DNA of 64,000 bases. Source: Octopus sinensis. Lineage: Eukaryota. Below, piece after piece: positions 1-12,441 of the stretch. The notes under the pieces were generated by a model. It made no database searches and was not told the DNA's origin. It saw only the letters and a list, made by a program, of their open reading frames with translations. The stretch is taken from contig NC_043004.1 in NCBI RefSeq assembly GCF_006345805.1, forward strand, positions 18,600,001 to 18,664,000. Reading direction: 5' to 3'. Made by a program: the position numbers and the translations under genes. How positions within the stretch are numbered: the first letter of the stretch is position 1; every line of letters starts with the position of its first letter.

Positions 1-189
1 AATCTCTGGCCGCCACACTATCCGTGGTTTCCAGTCGGAGCGTAAGAGATCTGTGCTCTGTTCATCGGATTTACGATGAACAGATGCTGAGTGAAGGACT
101 GGACATGCACTGAGACTGCAACATCTCCAGCATTTCCTTAACGGTGAAAAGATGTGGTCGCTGCTTGTCAGGCAGGATTTGTCAAATCT

Positions 190-330
190 TTCCATCCTGC
201 CCTCAACTTCTCCTGCACTACCTCTGACACTTCTGTCTCTTTTCTTGACATTTCGGTCTGCATTGATCACTCCACTTTCACCACCTCCATCCACAACAAA
301 CACATAGACTCACACTCATACCTCAACTGA
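190..330 (+). mobile_element. Penelope-like element reverse transcriptase fragment (relic)
   Basis: Translates as FHPALNFSCTTSDTSVSFLDISVCIDHSTFTTSIHNKHIDSHSYLN*, matching the PLE RT thumb-region pattern FHP.LKFT...S...FLD........T....K.TD.H.YL. Confidence 0.75.
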
Positions 331-714
331 AAGGAAACCGAAAACAAACATGGAGGGTTGTTAGCCCAGAACGTGGATAAAATAACGAACGCTGGAGAAA
401 TATTTGCTTTGACAAGAGAAAAGATAGAAGAGAGAGATAGATAGGATAGTCCAGCCTCTAGGACAGCCCTGAAAGAAAAGAAAGATGATCACGTAAGGAA
501 AAGAAAGATGGACGATGGTCACTTGTGAGCAACGAGAGAGAGAGAGAGTAAGGGAGAAAGAGGGGGAGAGAGAGATAGAAAACGATGAAGGGGAGGAAAA
601 ACGGAATTAGAGAAAGGCTGAGAGAAAACGATAGGAGGAGACAATAGTACAGGGTAGAGTCGCATCAAAGAGTTTATCTTCGAAGATTGACTTCGAAGGC
701 TCATATTGTTGTTC

Positions 715-860
715 AATGCTCGAAATGAGAAGTAGATAGGCAGCCGACAACTGACGAAGGGTCGTTCTTTATGTTACTTGCTCTGTTTCCCTTGTTGTTT
801 GCGTATTCAATCGTTTCCGTATTTCATGTTGTTTACTGTTTGTGACGTCCTGTACCCATA
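715..860 (+). repeat. Penelope-associated terminal repeat ending in (TA)n
   Basis: CGAAA...CTGACGAAGGG...GTCCTGTACCCATA(TA)n; a similar sequence occurs on the minus strand at ~14870-15050; lies just downstream of the PLE RT fragment. Confidence 0.45.
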
Positions 861-1851
861 TATATATATATCTGTTGGTGTATGCGTCTATATCCATGCA
901 TATATACTAGCATTTATACATGTATAAATATATATTACACACACACACACACACACGCACACACACACACACACACATATATCTATCTGTAAATGTAATA
1001 TGTGATAATTATTCGGTAGCCATGATAAAACTCCGAGTTTCGGATGTCGAGGTGGAAATCCACGCCACCATCTCTTCAGTTATCCGGCTATCGGATAATA
1101 TCGAGGTCCCTTACTGTGAGAAAGCAAGTAACTAATTTCAGTTATTCCGTAGAAGGGGCAATTATATTTGTGTATATGTGTGTGTGTTGTGTGCGTGTGT
1201 GTATGTGCATGTGTGTATGTGTGCGTGTGTGCGTGTGTGTGCGTGTGTGTATGTACGTTCATGTATGTTAATATTCCTTTTTATGTATTATAAATTCTAT
1301 TTTATTCCACCTAAAAAATGGAAAAATACTAAGTAAAAACGTCTATATATATATGCATTCTTATATTGTGTGTGCGTATGAGTGCATAAGGGCATGTCCG
1401 TATATGAACGTGGTTTTTATGCTTTATATACTTCCTTATGTTTTTTTCTGTTACCTTTAACCATGGTTTTTCTTGTGCTTGTGCGTATATAGACGTATGT
1501 ATGAACTTTTACGGTACGCATGTGTGTGTATGAGTTTGTATATACATGCCTATATTTGGCTAAAAATGCGAGTGAAGATGTGTACGTTTTCATAGTGACG
1601 TATAAGTATGCACGTGGGTCTGCGAGCGTACATGTGAGCGTATGACTAACCATGTTTACGTGTTTACTATGAAATTTTAATCTTATTTTATATAAGTAGC
1701 AGAATTATAACACAGTAATTTCCCTTTATATAACGGTATTTTTTCATAACGTTTTTTCAGATGGCCAGATAACCGAAGAGATGGTGTTGTGGATTTCCTT
1801 TTCGGCATCTGAAACTCAGAGTTTTATCTTGACTACTGAGTAATTGTAACA

Positions 1852-1897
<46 letters not shown>

Positions 1898-2095
1898 GGT
1901 CCCGGGTTGATTCGGGGTTAACCACAGTAAATAAGGTACTCAATACATAGCAGAGTAAAATTAATTTATTATATAGAAGGAGCTTCTACAGGACTAGAAC
2001 TGTTTCATTCAAGAGAAATCTTCAGGAAGCTAGTTAACAAGAATTGTATTGGCATTTATACATTTAGGCAGGTTTAAAGGGGTGTTGGTGGGGGA

Positions 2096-2239
<144 letters not shown>

Positions 2240-2299
2240 TTACACATGCATTTAGTGCTTCTTTACAAGCACAGACATAGACGCGCGTACACACGACAG

Positions 2300-2350
<51 letters not shown>

Positions 2351-2534
2351 ATTGCTTTACTTGTGACAGTCATTTGACTGCAGCCATGATCGAGCACCAC
2401 CTTCAGTCGAACAAATCGACTCTAGGTTTTATTTTTTGTAAGCCTGGTACTTATTTTATCGGTATCTTTTATCGAACCTCTAGCTTACGGGCACGTAAAC
2501 ACACCAGCATCTGTACACCACTTCAAACACTCTG

Positions 2535-2581
<47 letters not shown>

Positions 2582-3254
2582 GCGCACACATATATTCACA
2601 CACACATAATTTTGTGTTTAGATATATTGTTTTTATACGTCTGTGCTTTAAATTACTTTATAAATTTCAAGTAAACGTATTACATGACGTTTGATGATTG
2701 GAGGTAATGTAATTTCCCTTTCTATTCAATGAACTAATGTTAGCGTTCAGAAATAAATTTGATATTAAAGCTATTCTGTTGTGCAAGTAACGACGGTTGG
2801 AAAGAACCCCAAGGAAAACACTGTTGCGTCTGGCGCGGAATTTTCTTTCTTTTCTCCGTGACAATAAATGTTGATTCGTACGTAATCCAATTTTTAGAAA
2901 TGAGTCTTTGTTGTTGAAAATTTAAAGACGAAAGTTAAATAAAATAAAATTATATATTCTATTTTCGGTATATATTCTCTATGAAAATAAAGACGTTTAT
3001 ATATACATACATAAAATATTTTGGACCACTTAGTCCCCAGAAACAGCTGTTGGATTTGGAATACTTTCCTTCAATCCCTCTAATTCTTTATATCATTTGT
3101 ATTCTGAGCAAGTCGGACCTTTTTGTATGTAAATATATAGAGATTTTTTGTATTTCATGTATTTAATATACTGTATATATTGATCTCTTTAACTTGGTCA
3201 TCCTTACATTTACTTCTATACCCGCTAAAGTTTAAATCTATTGAGCACTAATAA

Positions 3255-3480
3255 GTGTGTTTGTGTGTCTGTGTTTGTCCCCCTAGCATTGCTTGACAAC
3301 CGATGCTGGTGTGTCTATGTCCCCGTCACTTAGCGGTTCGGCAAAAGAGGCCGACAGAATAAGTACTGGGCTTACAAAGAATAAGTCCCGGGGTCGATTT
3401 GCTCGACTAAAGGCGGTGCTCCAGCATGGCCGCAGTCAAGTGACTGAAACAAGTAAAAGAGAGAAAGAGAAAGAGAGTGT
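3255..3480 (+). mobile_element. SINE 3' half (octopus-type tRNA-derived SINE)
   Basis: GCTTGACAACCGATGCTGGTGTG...AGAATAAGTACTGGGCTTACAAAGAATAAGTCC...GACTGAAACAAGTAAAAGAG; a related sequence occurs reversed at 8225-8345. Confidence 0.75.
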
Positions 3481-3545
3481 ATTCTAAACAGAGAATATCT
3501 GATTCTCGTCTATAAACTACATACATACATACATACATACATACA

Positions 3546-3577
<32 letters not shown>

Positions 3578-3923
3578 CACATGTTCTCATATATGTGTAT
3601 GTGTGTGCATGTGCATGTGCTGGGCGTGTGCGTGCGTGTGTATGTATTTATACAACACTAAATAACAAAGGAGTAGGAATTCCGCAATCAACTTCATTAG
3701 CTTACAGAAGTATAATCAGAGCTGGATGTTTGTGCAACATTGAGCTTCTTCGATTGCTCCGAGGATGCTATAAGATGTTGCATTGCACAAGCACTCATTG
3801 GGTGGACTACTTCTTATAGCAGAAACTATAGCAGGAAAATAGTGGTAATTCCGGTTCCCGTGACATTTGATAATTTAAACGATACTCTGTACAGGCCTAA
3901 TACTTTATTCTAAAGTATATGTA

Positions 3924-4490
3924 TTGGGTTGTCCGGAACGTTTGTGCCGATTTTTAAAGGAAAGAAAAAGGTCATTAAATACTTGCCATTACGTTTTTAA
4001 TCAACCAAATATGAGCCATTTTGTTGCACAATGCGTCCCCATCTTTCCATTAACTTCAAAACACCCTCTTCCCAGAATTGAGGTGGTTTCATGGCAAAGA
4101 ATTCATCAAGGTATCTTTTTACGTCATCCAAGAAATTGAAATTTTTACCATTAAGACTATTCTGCAGAGACCTGAATAAGTGGAAATCCGAAGGAGCAAT
4201 ATCTGGTGAATATGGAGGGTGGGGTAACACATCCCAGCCGAACTGCAGCAATTTTTGTCTAGTTCCCAAAGTATCAAGTGCCGAAAATGAACTTTCTTAT
4301 CTTCCATTTTAAAGGGTTACAGAATTAACACAGGTTATAGGAACATAAACCTCATTCCACGAAAAAGATAGCTTAAACTGTGCTCTAAATGGAGGTGTAG
4401 TCAAATCCCATTTTATGGACTCAACCATGTTCTAAATTAAGTCGAAAGGTAAGCTACTATAAATCGGCATGAACTTTCCGGACAACCCAA
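3924..4490 (-). mobile_element. mariner (DD34D) internal-deletion derivative, 567 bp
   Basis: TIRs TTGGGTTGTCCGGAA..TGCCGATTT / AAATCGGCA..TTCCGGACAACCCAA flanked by TA; N-terminal MEDKKVHFRHL joined to C-terminal LPHPPYSPDIAPSDFHLFRSLQN. Confidence 0.9.
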
Positions 4491-4779
4491 TATATTGAGT
4501 TTTGACAACTGGTTATTAGTATCGCTATGCGCAAGCGAAATCATAACACACACACACACGCACACACACACACGCGCGCGCGCGCACACACACACACACA
4601 CACACATACACACACACACACACACACAAGAGTGTCCTTCTACAGCTTGTAACCAAATTTTCATTTCATTTCATTAGAACTAATGAAGCGTGTCAGACTT
4701 CACTTTGAATAAGTGAAATTTGCATAAATGTGCTTGATGTTGCTGAGACCATTTATAGTGTCATGCATTCAAGGGGTAT

Positions 4780-5090
4780 TTGGAAGATATGGAGTATTAT
4801 TTCCGCGGCAACATGGAGTACCCTCACGCAATCATAATGATCTATCTTAATGAGATTTTGCCAAAGAGATGGATAGGATGAAGAGTTTCAGTGAATTACT
4901 CTTCACTTACCCTGAACCTCAAATTAGTAGATTTTTGTTATGGGAACGCTTAGGACAGTCATTCAAGGAGATGTGCACAAGTACCGAACAAAATGTTTCT
5001 TGATCCCATTGTTTAATATTATCAGCAGTGCTTGGGTATGAACGGTCATCAGTTAGAAAACAGTTGTTCATAAAGTATTAGATTCTGTGT
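4780..5090 (+). mobile_element. Highly degraded rosa-like ITm transposase remnant
   Basis: YLNEILPKRWIG* resembles the WLN..FP.RWIGR motif of the element at 51-52 kb. Confidence 0.45.
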
Positions 5091-5257
5091 GTAAATTATA
5101 TCAAATTTTAAAAATGAAATGTATTTTGACGAATACTGACTTTATAATCCTTCAACGTGTGTGTGTGTGTGTGTTTAAATGCACATATATATGTATATAG
5201 GTAAATACACGCACTGCCCGCGGGCGTACACACACACACATATATATGGTTGCACGG

Positions 5258-5643
5258 CGGTTGTTGCTGCTGTTTGTTTGTTGAGCGAAGTGGTCTTCGT
5301 CCCAGAGTGGGAGAAGTCCGAAACGTGGTCCTTTGCTATTCGTAAGACCTGCAGAAGAGAAAGCAGGTCAACCACCGACACCGAGAGCATCGACGGATGA
5401 ATGAATGTGCATCCAGGCTCAGCGGTTGCGTAGGAAGATGGGGATAAGAAACAGAAAGAAAGAGTGAGAGAAAGTTGGAGCGATAGAGTACAACAGGGGT
5501 CGCCACTCCCCCCCCCTGCCGGAGCTTCGTGGAGCTTTAGGTGTTTTCGCTCAATAAACACACACGACACCCGGTCTGGGAATCGAAACTGCGATCCTCC
5601 GACCGCGAGACCGCTACCCTAACCACTGGGCCATTGCGCCTCC
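5258..5643 (-). mobile_element. tRNA-derived SINE with LINE-like tail, copy 1
   Basis: Head GGAGGCGCAATGGCCCAGTGGTTAGGG...TTTCGATTCCCAGACC (A/B box-like); near-identical copy at 29460-29819; GTTGTTGCTG on both flanks. Confidence 0.85.
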
Positions 5644-6693
5644 TGTTGTTGCTGTTTAACCAATATGTTTTAAAAACCTAATGTCTTTCTACGGTTAACG
5701 TAGACTACACTGCCGAATGTATTTTGAAAACCGTTGTAAGTTCAAGGAAATTTCGCTGTTATTTATAGCAAGACAAGCTACTACGTACAGTCGTTGGCAT
5801 GTAATGTGCAGAATTAATGCAAATGAGAGAGTGATAGAAACCGTTATGTTCTCGGTCAACTACCATAACCATATTAGGATAAACTCATCAATACAACCAG
5901 CATTCCATCATAAACATTTGCTCTACAATTCTTCATATTTCTCTAACATTCAATTCCTTATGAAATTGTTACATATGTTATGCAGTACATCCCGATAAAA
6001 CTGAATGCTTAAAATCTTTTACATCGACAAACTTCAGATATTTCATTTCGCTAAATCTTTGGATATTAAAATTATACTGGCGACAATTTTCTGTATTTGA
6101 ACAGAATTTCAAATACGTTTTTCCAACGCTCCTTTCTAATTCACTGAATAATCTCTTACATTGATTTCAATTTTTGCGGCGAATAATACTATCGATAATT
6201 TAGTTATGATACTTTATGTAACCGCTTTATATAGAAAAACTGTGTGCTCCCACACAGGAATAGTCTCGTAGGATGCTCTCAAACATGTATGTATGTATGT
6301 ATGTATGTATGTATGTATGTATGTATGTATGTATGTATTTCTTCTTTGATTCAGTCAAGCAAATGCGAACATGACGAATAGAACACGCCTTGAAAGGTTT
6401 AGCGATCATATCGGCTCCAGTACTTTTAGTATGTCTGCACTTTGTTTAGTAAATATTATTGCATCTATAAGTAACAAGATATAAACACAGAGACCTGGAC
6501 ATATACACACATACTAACGCGCGCACATACGCATGAATTAATTGCACACGTATGTAGTGTGTTTCGCTGTGCAGCTGTATATTGAATTGAGGTTATTATT
6601 TCAATGTAATTTTAAGAAAGATTTAACGAAGATGGTGGCGGACTTAATACTGAGAGAAGAGAGAAACTAATATAACTGGGTTCATATGTATAT

Positions 6694-6753
<60 letters not shown>

Positions 6754-6996
6754 TATATTGTTGTCTTCGTCTGCCGAAAAAGGCATTTTTTTCCAAAATA
6801 CGCCAGTTAAACTAAGTTGTACTGTCTTTAGTCGTAAGACACCCGCTGTTTTTGTCCTGTTATTACCATTCTTTGTATTTATATTCGCGTGGCATCGTCC
6901 GTTTTTCTGTCCTTGTTTCGTATACATTCGATCCTTTTCCCAAGAAATCTAATGCTCGTAGCTTAGTTTTTCCTTGGGGCTGGTCGGATCGGAGCG

Positions 6997-7745
6997 ATGT
7001 CAAGATTAATATTTGCAGATGCCTCTAAGCTCCAGAAAGTCATTAATGGAGCATATGATCAAACAATACTTCAATCGGATCTATGCGCAGTAACCCTGTG
7101 GGCACAAAAAGACAGTATGCAGTTGAACGAAGAAAAATTTGATCTCATGCACTTTGGAAGAGAGGGCACACTCAAACAACTAAACACACTACCATCGGGA
7201 GACCTACTTGAATCGTTGGATAATATCAGAGACTTAGGTGTAACTGTTGGAGTGTGAACATCAACTAAAAAGTCGATATTGCCCGCAGAATGTGCTCATA
7301 GATCCTCAGAACTTTCTAATCTAGGGATCATGAAACCATCATCCTTCTCTTCTCTACACTCGCTAGGTCCCACCACGAATACTGCTGCCACAAAGATCAA
7401 TCACAAAAAATAAATAAATGGCATGATGGGATTTGATTATTGGGTTCGACGTAAACGGCTGAAGCTCTATTCTCTGCAACGCTGCCGTGAGCGATACATT
7501 ATTTACAGCATGTGGAAAATATTCCACCAATATCATCCAAATGTTATTGGTATTATGTTTACAATTCACCCAAGACTAGGCCACCGTGCAATGCGTCCCC
7601 TACAAAGGTTGAGATCACATCACATAAGAACATTGCGACACAATTTCTTTACTGCAAATGGTTCTGCGCTTTTCAATGTTATCCCCAAAGAAATTAAAGT
7701 AGAAAAATACCCTACAACTTTCAAACGGTATCTGGACAAATTCTA
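6997..7745 (+). mobile_element. CR1/L2-group LINE RT C-terminal fragment (pseudogenised)
   Basis: FADASKL...LQSDL..V..WA....MQLNEEKF..MHFG...IRDLGV, then LKLYSLQRCRERY..I..WKI...TFKRYLDKF, with internal stops and deletions. Confidence 0.85.
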
Positions 7746-7970
7746 TACCTACCTTTCCACCACTGAACAAAATAACAAGAATCTGGGAAGGCAACACTCG
7801 AAGTCTGTAACATATTTCCCTTTCCTATGCCTAATCCATTTTACTAAATTTTACTCCTCTCACACTCTAAGTCTTGCTCCTATTCTTCTTATGCCATCTT
7901 TAATAAGAAAAATATACTATACCTGTTAGTAACTGACTCTTATATGTATCGATTCTCCTAACCATTTAAA

Positions 7971-8098
7971 TCCTCTGATGAAGCCTAGAGGCTCACTCAA
8001 CATCCAAACTCTATCTGACCAGCCCTACAGACCACTGATGAGATAGAGCTAGATGGAGGATATCGTGTCCTCTTGGCAGAAACGGCCGTAAGGTACTG
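7971..8098 (+). ncRNA. Candidate (possibly degenerate) type I hammerhead ribozyme
   Basis: CCT-CTGATGA(7975-7981)...GAAA(8079-8082)-CGGCC-GTA-AGG; palindromic ACGGCCGT stem III; second CTGATGA at 8035-8041. Confidence 0.5.
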
Positions 8099-8224
8099 AT
8101 CGTTATCTTTTACTGTTTTCTGTATTACTATTATTACTATTACTAGTATATATTTGTGTAGCACACAGTCTTTGCATGTGTATCTATTCTTATAATACTC
8201 CCTTTTGTACTATCCCTTAGTTGG

Positions 8225-8382
8225 TTGGTTTCCCAGTACTTAGTAATCCTAGTACTTATTCTCTCAGTCTCTTTTGTCGAACCGCTATGTTTCAGAGACA
8301 TAAACATACCAACGTCGTTTGTCAAGCGATGGTGGGGTACAAACGCAGGCCCAAAGACACATACACATAAATATATATACAG

Positions 8383-8481
<99 letters not shown>

Positions 8482-8645
8482 ATATATATATACACGCCGG
8501 GTTTCTTTCAGTTTCCGTCTACCAAATCCACTCACAAGACTTTGGTCCGCCCGAGGCTATAGTAGAAGACACCTGCCGAAGATGCCGCGCATTAGGACTA
8601 AACCCGGGACCAAATGGTTAGGAAGCAAGCTTCTTACTACACAGC
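8225..8645 (-). mobile_element. Composite tRNA-derived SINE with internal (TA)n
   Basis: Head GTGTAGTAAGAAGCTTGCTTCC...GGTTTAGTCC...GCAGGTGTCTTCTACTATAGCCTCGGGCGGACCAAAG, then (TA)n, then the same 3' half as at 3255-3480. Confidence 0.8.
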
Positions 8646-8860
8646 CATGTATATTGAATTACACTTATTCTGTGACTTTTATGTGTTCTTCAATACTCGG
8701 CGTCGTTTAGGGAGCTTTTCCCGGACGTCACAGGGTTACACCTATTTACATTTGAGTGGGCTGGAGGAACGCGAAATGAAGTGTTTTCCTTAATAACACA
8801 GGAAACTAGCGGTCTGGGAATATGAAAAACATAAATCCGAAAGTCTAATATGCTGAGCGG

Positions 8861-9128
8861 TATATATTAAAAAATGGAGAAGGCTAGTTTATGGGATTAC
8901 CTTAGGTTTCCCGCCCCATAATGGGTTTAGCTTTATGATGTATCGTCAGATACCAAAAACCTGTTGGCTCCTGACCTCTTAAAACAAAATTACGTTTGGA
9001 TCATTTTTTTAAGAGGTCAGGAACCAACAGGTTTTTGGTATCTGACGATACGCCATATAGCTAAAACTTTATGGACGGTAAACCTAAAACAATCCCATAA
9101 ACCGGCCTCCCCCATTTTTAATATATAT
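8861..9128. mobile_element. Foldback/palindromic MITE-like element
   Basis: Inner arms 8940-8984 and 9007-9051 are 45-bp inverted repeats with one mismatch; imperfect arms extend to TA-rich flanks. Confidence 0.75.
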
Positions 9129-9775
9129 ATACGCAATAGAGGGCATTAAAACGTTCAGACAGATAGACGACACAAAGGCGGATAAGAGAAACAACATTTA
9201 GAAGGACAGGCAAAAAAGACCGGTCATTCTTGGCTTTCTTTCTTCAGTCAAGTACCAGAAGTCACAATCAATTCAGACAGTTACACTTGAGATGGTTCGA
9301 TCTGGTTGTTCCCCCCAAAAGCCTAAGCTAAGAGCATTAGACCCCTTTGTAAGAAAGCTAGCGAAAGTGTACGACAACAAAGACAAAAAAAAAACAAGCA
9401 AAAAAAACGGAGATATGGTACAGTATTACGAATACAAACAACAAGAAATAACAATGGCGTCTTTCGGCTGAGAACGATTCACATTGACATGATGTGTATG
9501 GAGTGAAAGCCTAAAGGCAGGAATATACAGATAGTGTAATAGGAGAAAGGTATATTCGTTCAAAATATGTTTCTACAATTGTTTCAGTAGCAATGATGAA
9601 TATTATTTCATCATGTATATATATATGTTGAAATGAAAGACAAATGCATCAATTATCCTCAGTACAAATGTAATTCTATGATCAGTAGAAGCATTTATGT
9701 CTCATATTTTGATGGTATATCGATACTTTTACACCCACACACACATACACACACATACACACACGGACTCACTCA

Positions 9776-9819
<44 letters not shown>

Positions 9820-10142
9820 TATATAGGAAATGCAAGGAGCAGACGTCGATTAATAAGTTTGTTCGATCAGAGCTCAGATCAGTTTATCACTAAAACTCTG
9901 CTTCAAGTGCAAATGGGAATGAGGTGTTGAAATTGCCTGTCCAAAGCGGCTTGAAGTGGTACCTGCTTCATAATATAAAATACAAATAAAGTATAAAGTA
10001 TAGAACACTTATGGTTGATAAGTAAAGTATCAAACAGCCCAGTTATTCCATTGGCTCAGGAATTCCATAAACAGCTGTAAGAGACTTTGCTCTATCTCTC
10101 TCTTTCACTGTTTGTGTGTGTGTTGTGTGTGTGTGTTATGTG

Positions 10143-10175
<33 letters not shown>

Positions 10176-11688
10176 GTTTGTAGGTGTGTATGCACACTCG
10201 CACACACACATACACACACACAGACACAGACACAGACACAGACACACACACACACACAGAGGAATGCATATGCATGTATGAATGCTGCTACAGTTAGATA
10301 CTCAACTATCAATAGAACAAGTTTAAACAGATATTCTGAATCAAACCACACTCTAAGCAAATTGCTGCTGTACTGTAGAAAGATTAGAACAGTATTTTTT
10401 TTTTTTAGCTTCTTCACGTTGTGTCAGTTTATTTATCAGTATCTGTAAAGTTCCCTTTCAGTGCTTCATGTCAGCCTTATCTATTCTATTCTACTAAACT
10501 TATCTATTTCAAGAATTATGTTTTAACTGCGTGTGAGATTAAATCATTGCCGAACAAGGCTATAACATTTGCTTTCAAAGTTTTTTAAAGTAAAGAATTT
10601 ATTTCCTGTTATTTATATCTAGCACATTAAATCTTTTCTGGATACAGTAGGTACAATACTGTCACCGTATCGTGTTTATGGTTAATGTAATGAATTAAGC
10701 ATGGATTAACTGGTTTTCATACATTCCTTCACACTCAATTAGCTTATGTGTATATTTCAATATAAGTCTTAATAAAGTAAAATGTGTGCGTACAAAAATG
10801 TTGTTTCTATTCACTATAGATCGTTTTATATTCTCTACGCCGAGAATGCGATTATAGCCTGCCCTTAACGTGGGCTGCAATTATTTAGATATTTTCAGTC
10901 TTCCTATACACACAAACTATTAATGGATATCACTACGACATTTAGACAACTAACTATAGTCACATGATGAACTTTTAAAAACAAAAAAAGAATTACATAT
11001 ATTTACTGCCCTATCTTCGAATTGAATTAAACCACAACTTTTACTGATGGCTCTAACCTTCATGGTTTATTTCAAGTAAAAGACATGTGCTTCAATTACT
11101 ATCAGTGCAAACTAATTCTATGGTCAGTAGAATCACTTATGTCTAATATTCTGATGGTATACCCCGTTTTTAACTTCGTATAAAATGTCACAATTTGCTG
11201 ATTTTAAATAAGGTATTTGTACGTTTTATTATTTTCACTTACAAAATATCATTTCAGTTTAGTTTTATAAGAATTCAGTAGAATGTTTGAGGGAAATATT
11301 CCATGAAGGTTACTTATGATGCTTTTTGAACGTTCATATGTCTTGCGTATTGTTGTAGCAATATAACTATCTCTGATAACATCTAAGGGCAGCTGCTGCT
11401 GATAAGCCTAATCGTAGCAGAGTAAACCTTTTTTACAGAGAGAATAAGGATTCAAATGTTTTATAGATAATCTTGTCCTTGGAATGCAAAGGCGTGGCCA
11501 TAAGAAGCTTGACGTAATACAGCAGGGTAAAGAAAGTTCATTCTATCCATATATATGAGTCTACATTCACATACGAACGCATGTGTCAAAAAACAAATAA
11601 CCCGAATTCACAAATAACAAATAACTCGAATACCCATACAACTATGTGTATGTCACATGAGATTTTAAATTGTGATTCTCATTTGCAT

Positions 11689-11960
11689 ATAAGCAAATAT
11701 ATTCTGCATTTAAATACCCACACATTCCTAAATATACACACTAATGTACATAAAGTTTGAATTACTTTGTTAATCATTGCATCTTTACGCACGTAATAAA
11801 ATTGGGACATCATTAACGTTATGTTATTCATAAGCAAATATATTCTGCATTTGAATACTCACACATACCTAAATATACATACCAATGTACATAAAGTTTG
11901 AATTACTTTGTCAATCATTGCATCTTTACGCACGTAATAAAATTGGGACATCATTAATGT
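11689..11960. repeat. Two-copy tandem duplication, period 141 bp
   Basis: ATAAGCAAATATATTCTGCATTT...AAATTGGGACATCATTAA starts at 11689 and again at 11830. Confidence 0.9.
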
Positions 11961-12239
11961 TGGTGTGGTCAGCTTTACCACAGCCGCTACCCAGCAATAT
12001 CTTAATGAATTATCATCAGTGTCATGATATCTTAGTTGAATTGTTGCTAAGTTCGTACCCGAGAGGTGATGTTCTCGGTCACCAACAGAAATTTTGTAAA
12101 TAATCATCCTCTTAAAAGTATAGATTTCAAAACTAAATATTCCTCTCTTCACACGTGTGGTGACGTCAATTGAAATCTATCATATCCAGAAATGTATAAT
12201 AATGAGGTCACTCATCTAAAACTATTTTCAAAATATCTT

Positions 12240-12441
12240 TTATCTATACCAACTGCTAAGTGAACCGAGACACGCAGAGCAATACGATAGCACATGAGCA
12301 AATAGCAATAAATTGTCCATTTTATCGTTTCCACCTGTATTTAATTCTGTAAACAACTGAATCCCGATTCTCAAAGAGTATTTTTGAATATTAAATACTA
12401 TTTTATAGTTATCAAATTTCTCTATTCTTTTGTCTCTCAAA
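12240..12441 (-). CDS. Possible terminal coding exon of a host gene (hydrophobic C-terminus)
   Basis: Acceptor TTTTTCTTCAG immediately upstream; open frame LRDKRIEKF...NTGGNDKMDNLLLFAHVLSYCSACLGSLSSWYR*; no homology recognised. Confidence 0.25.
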
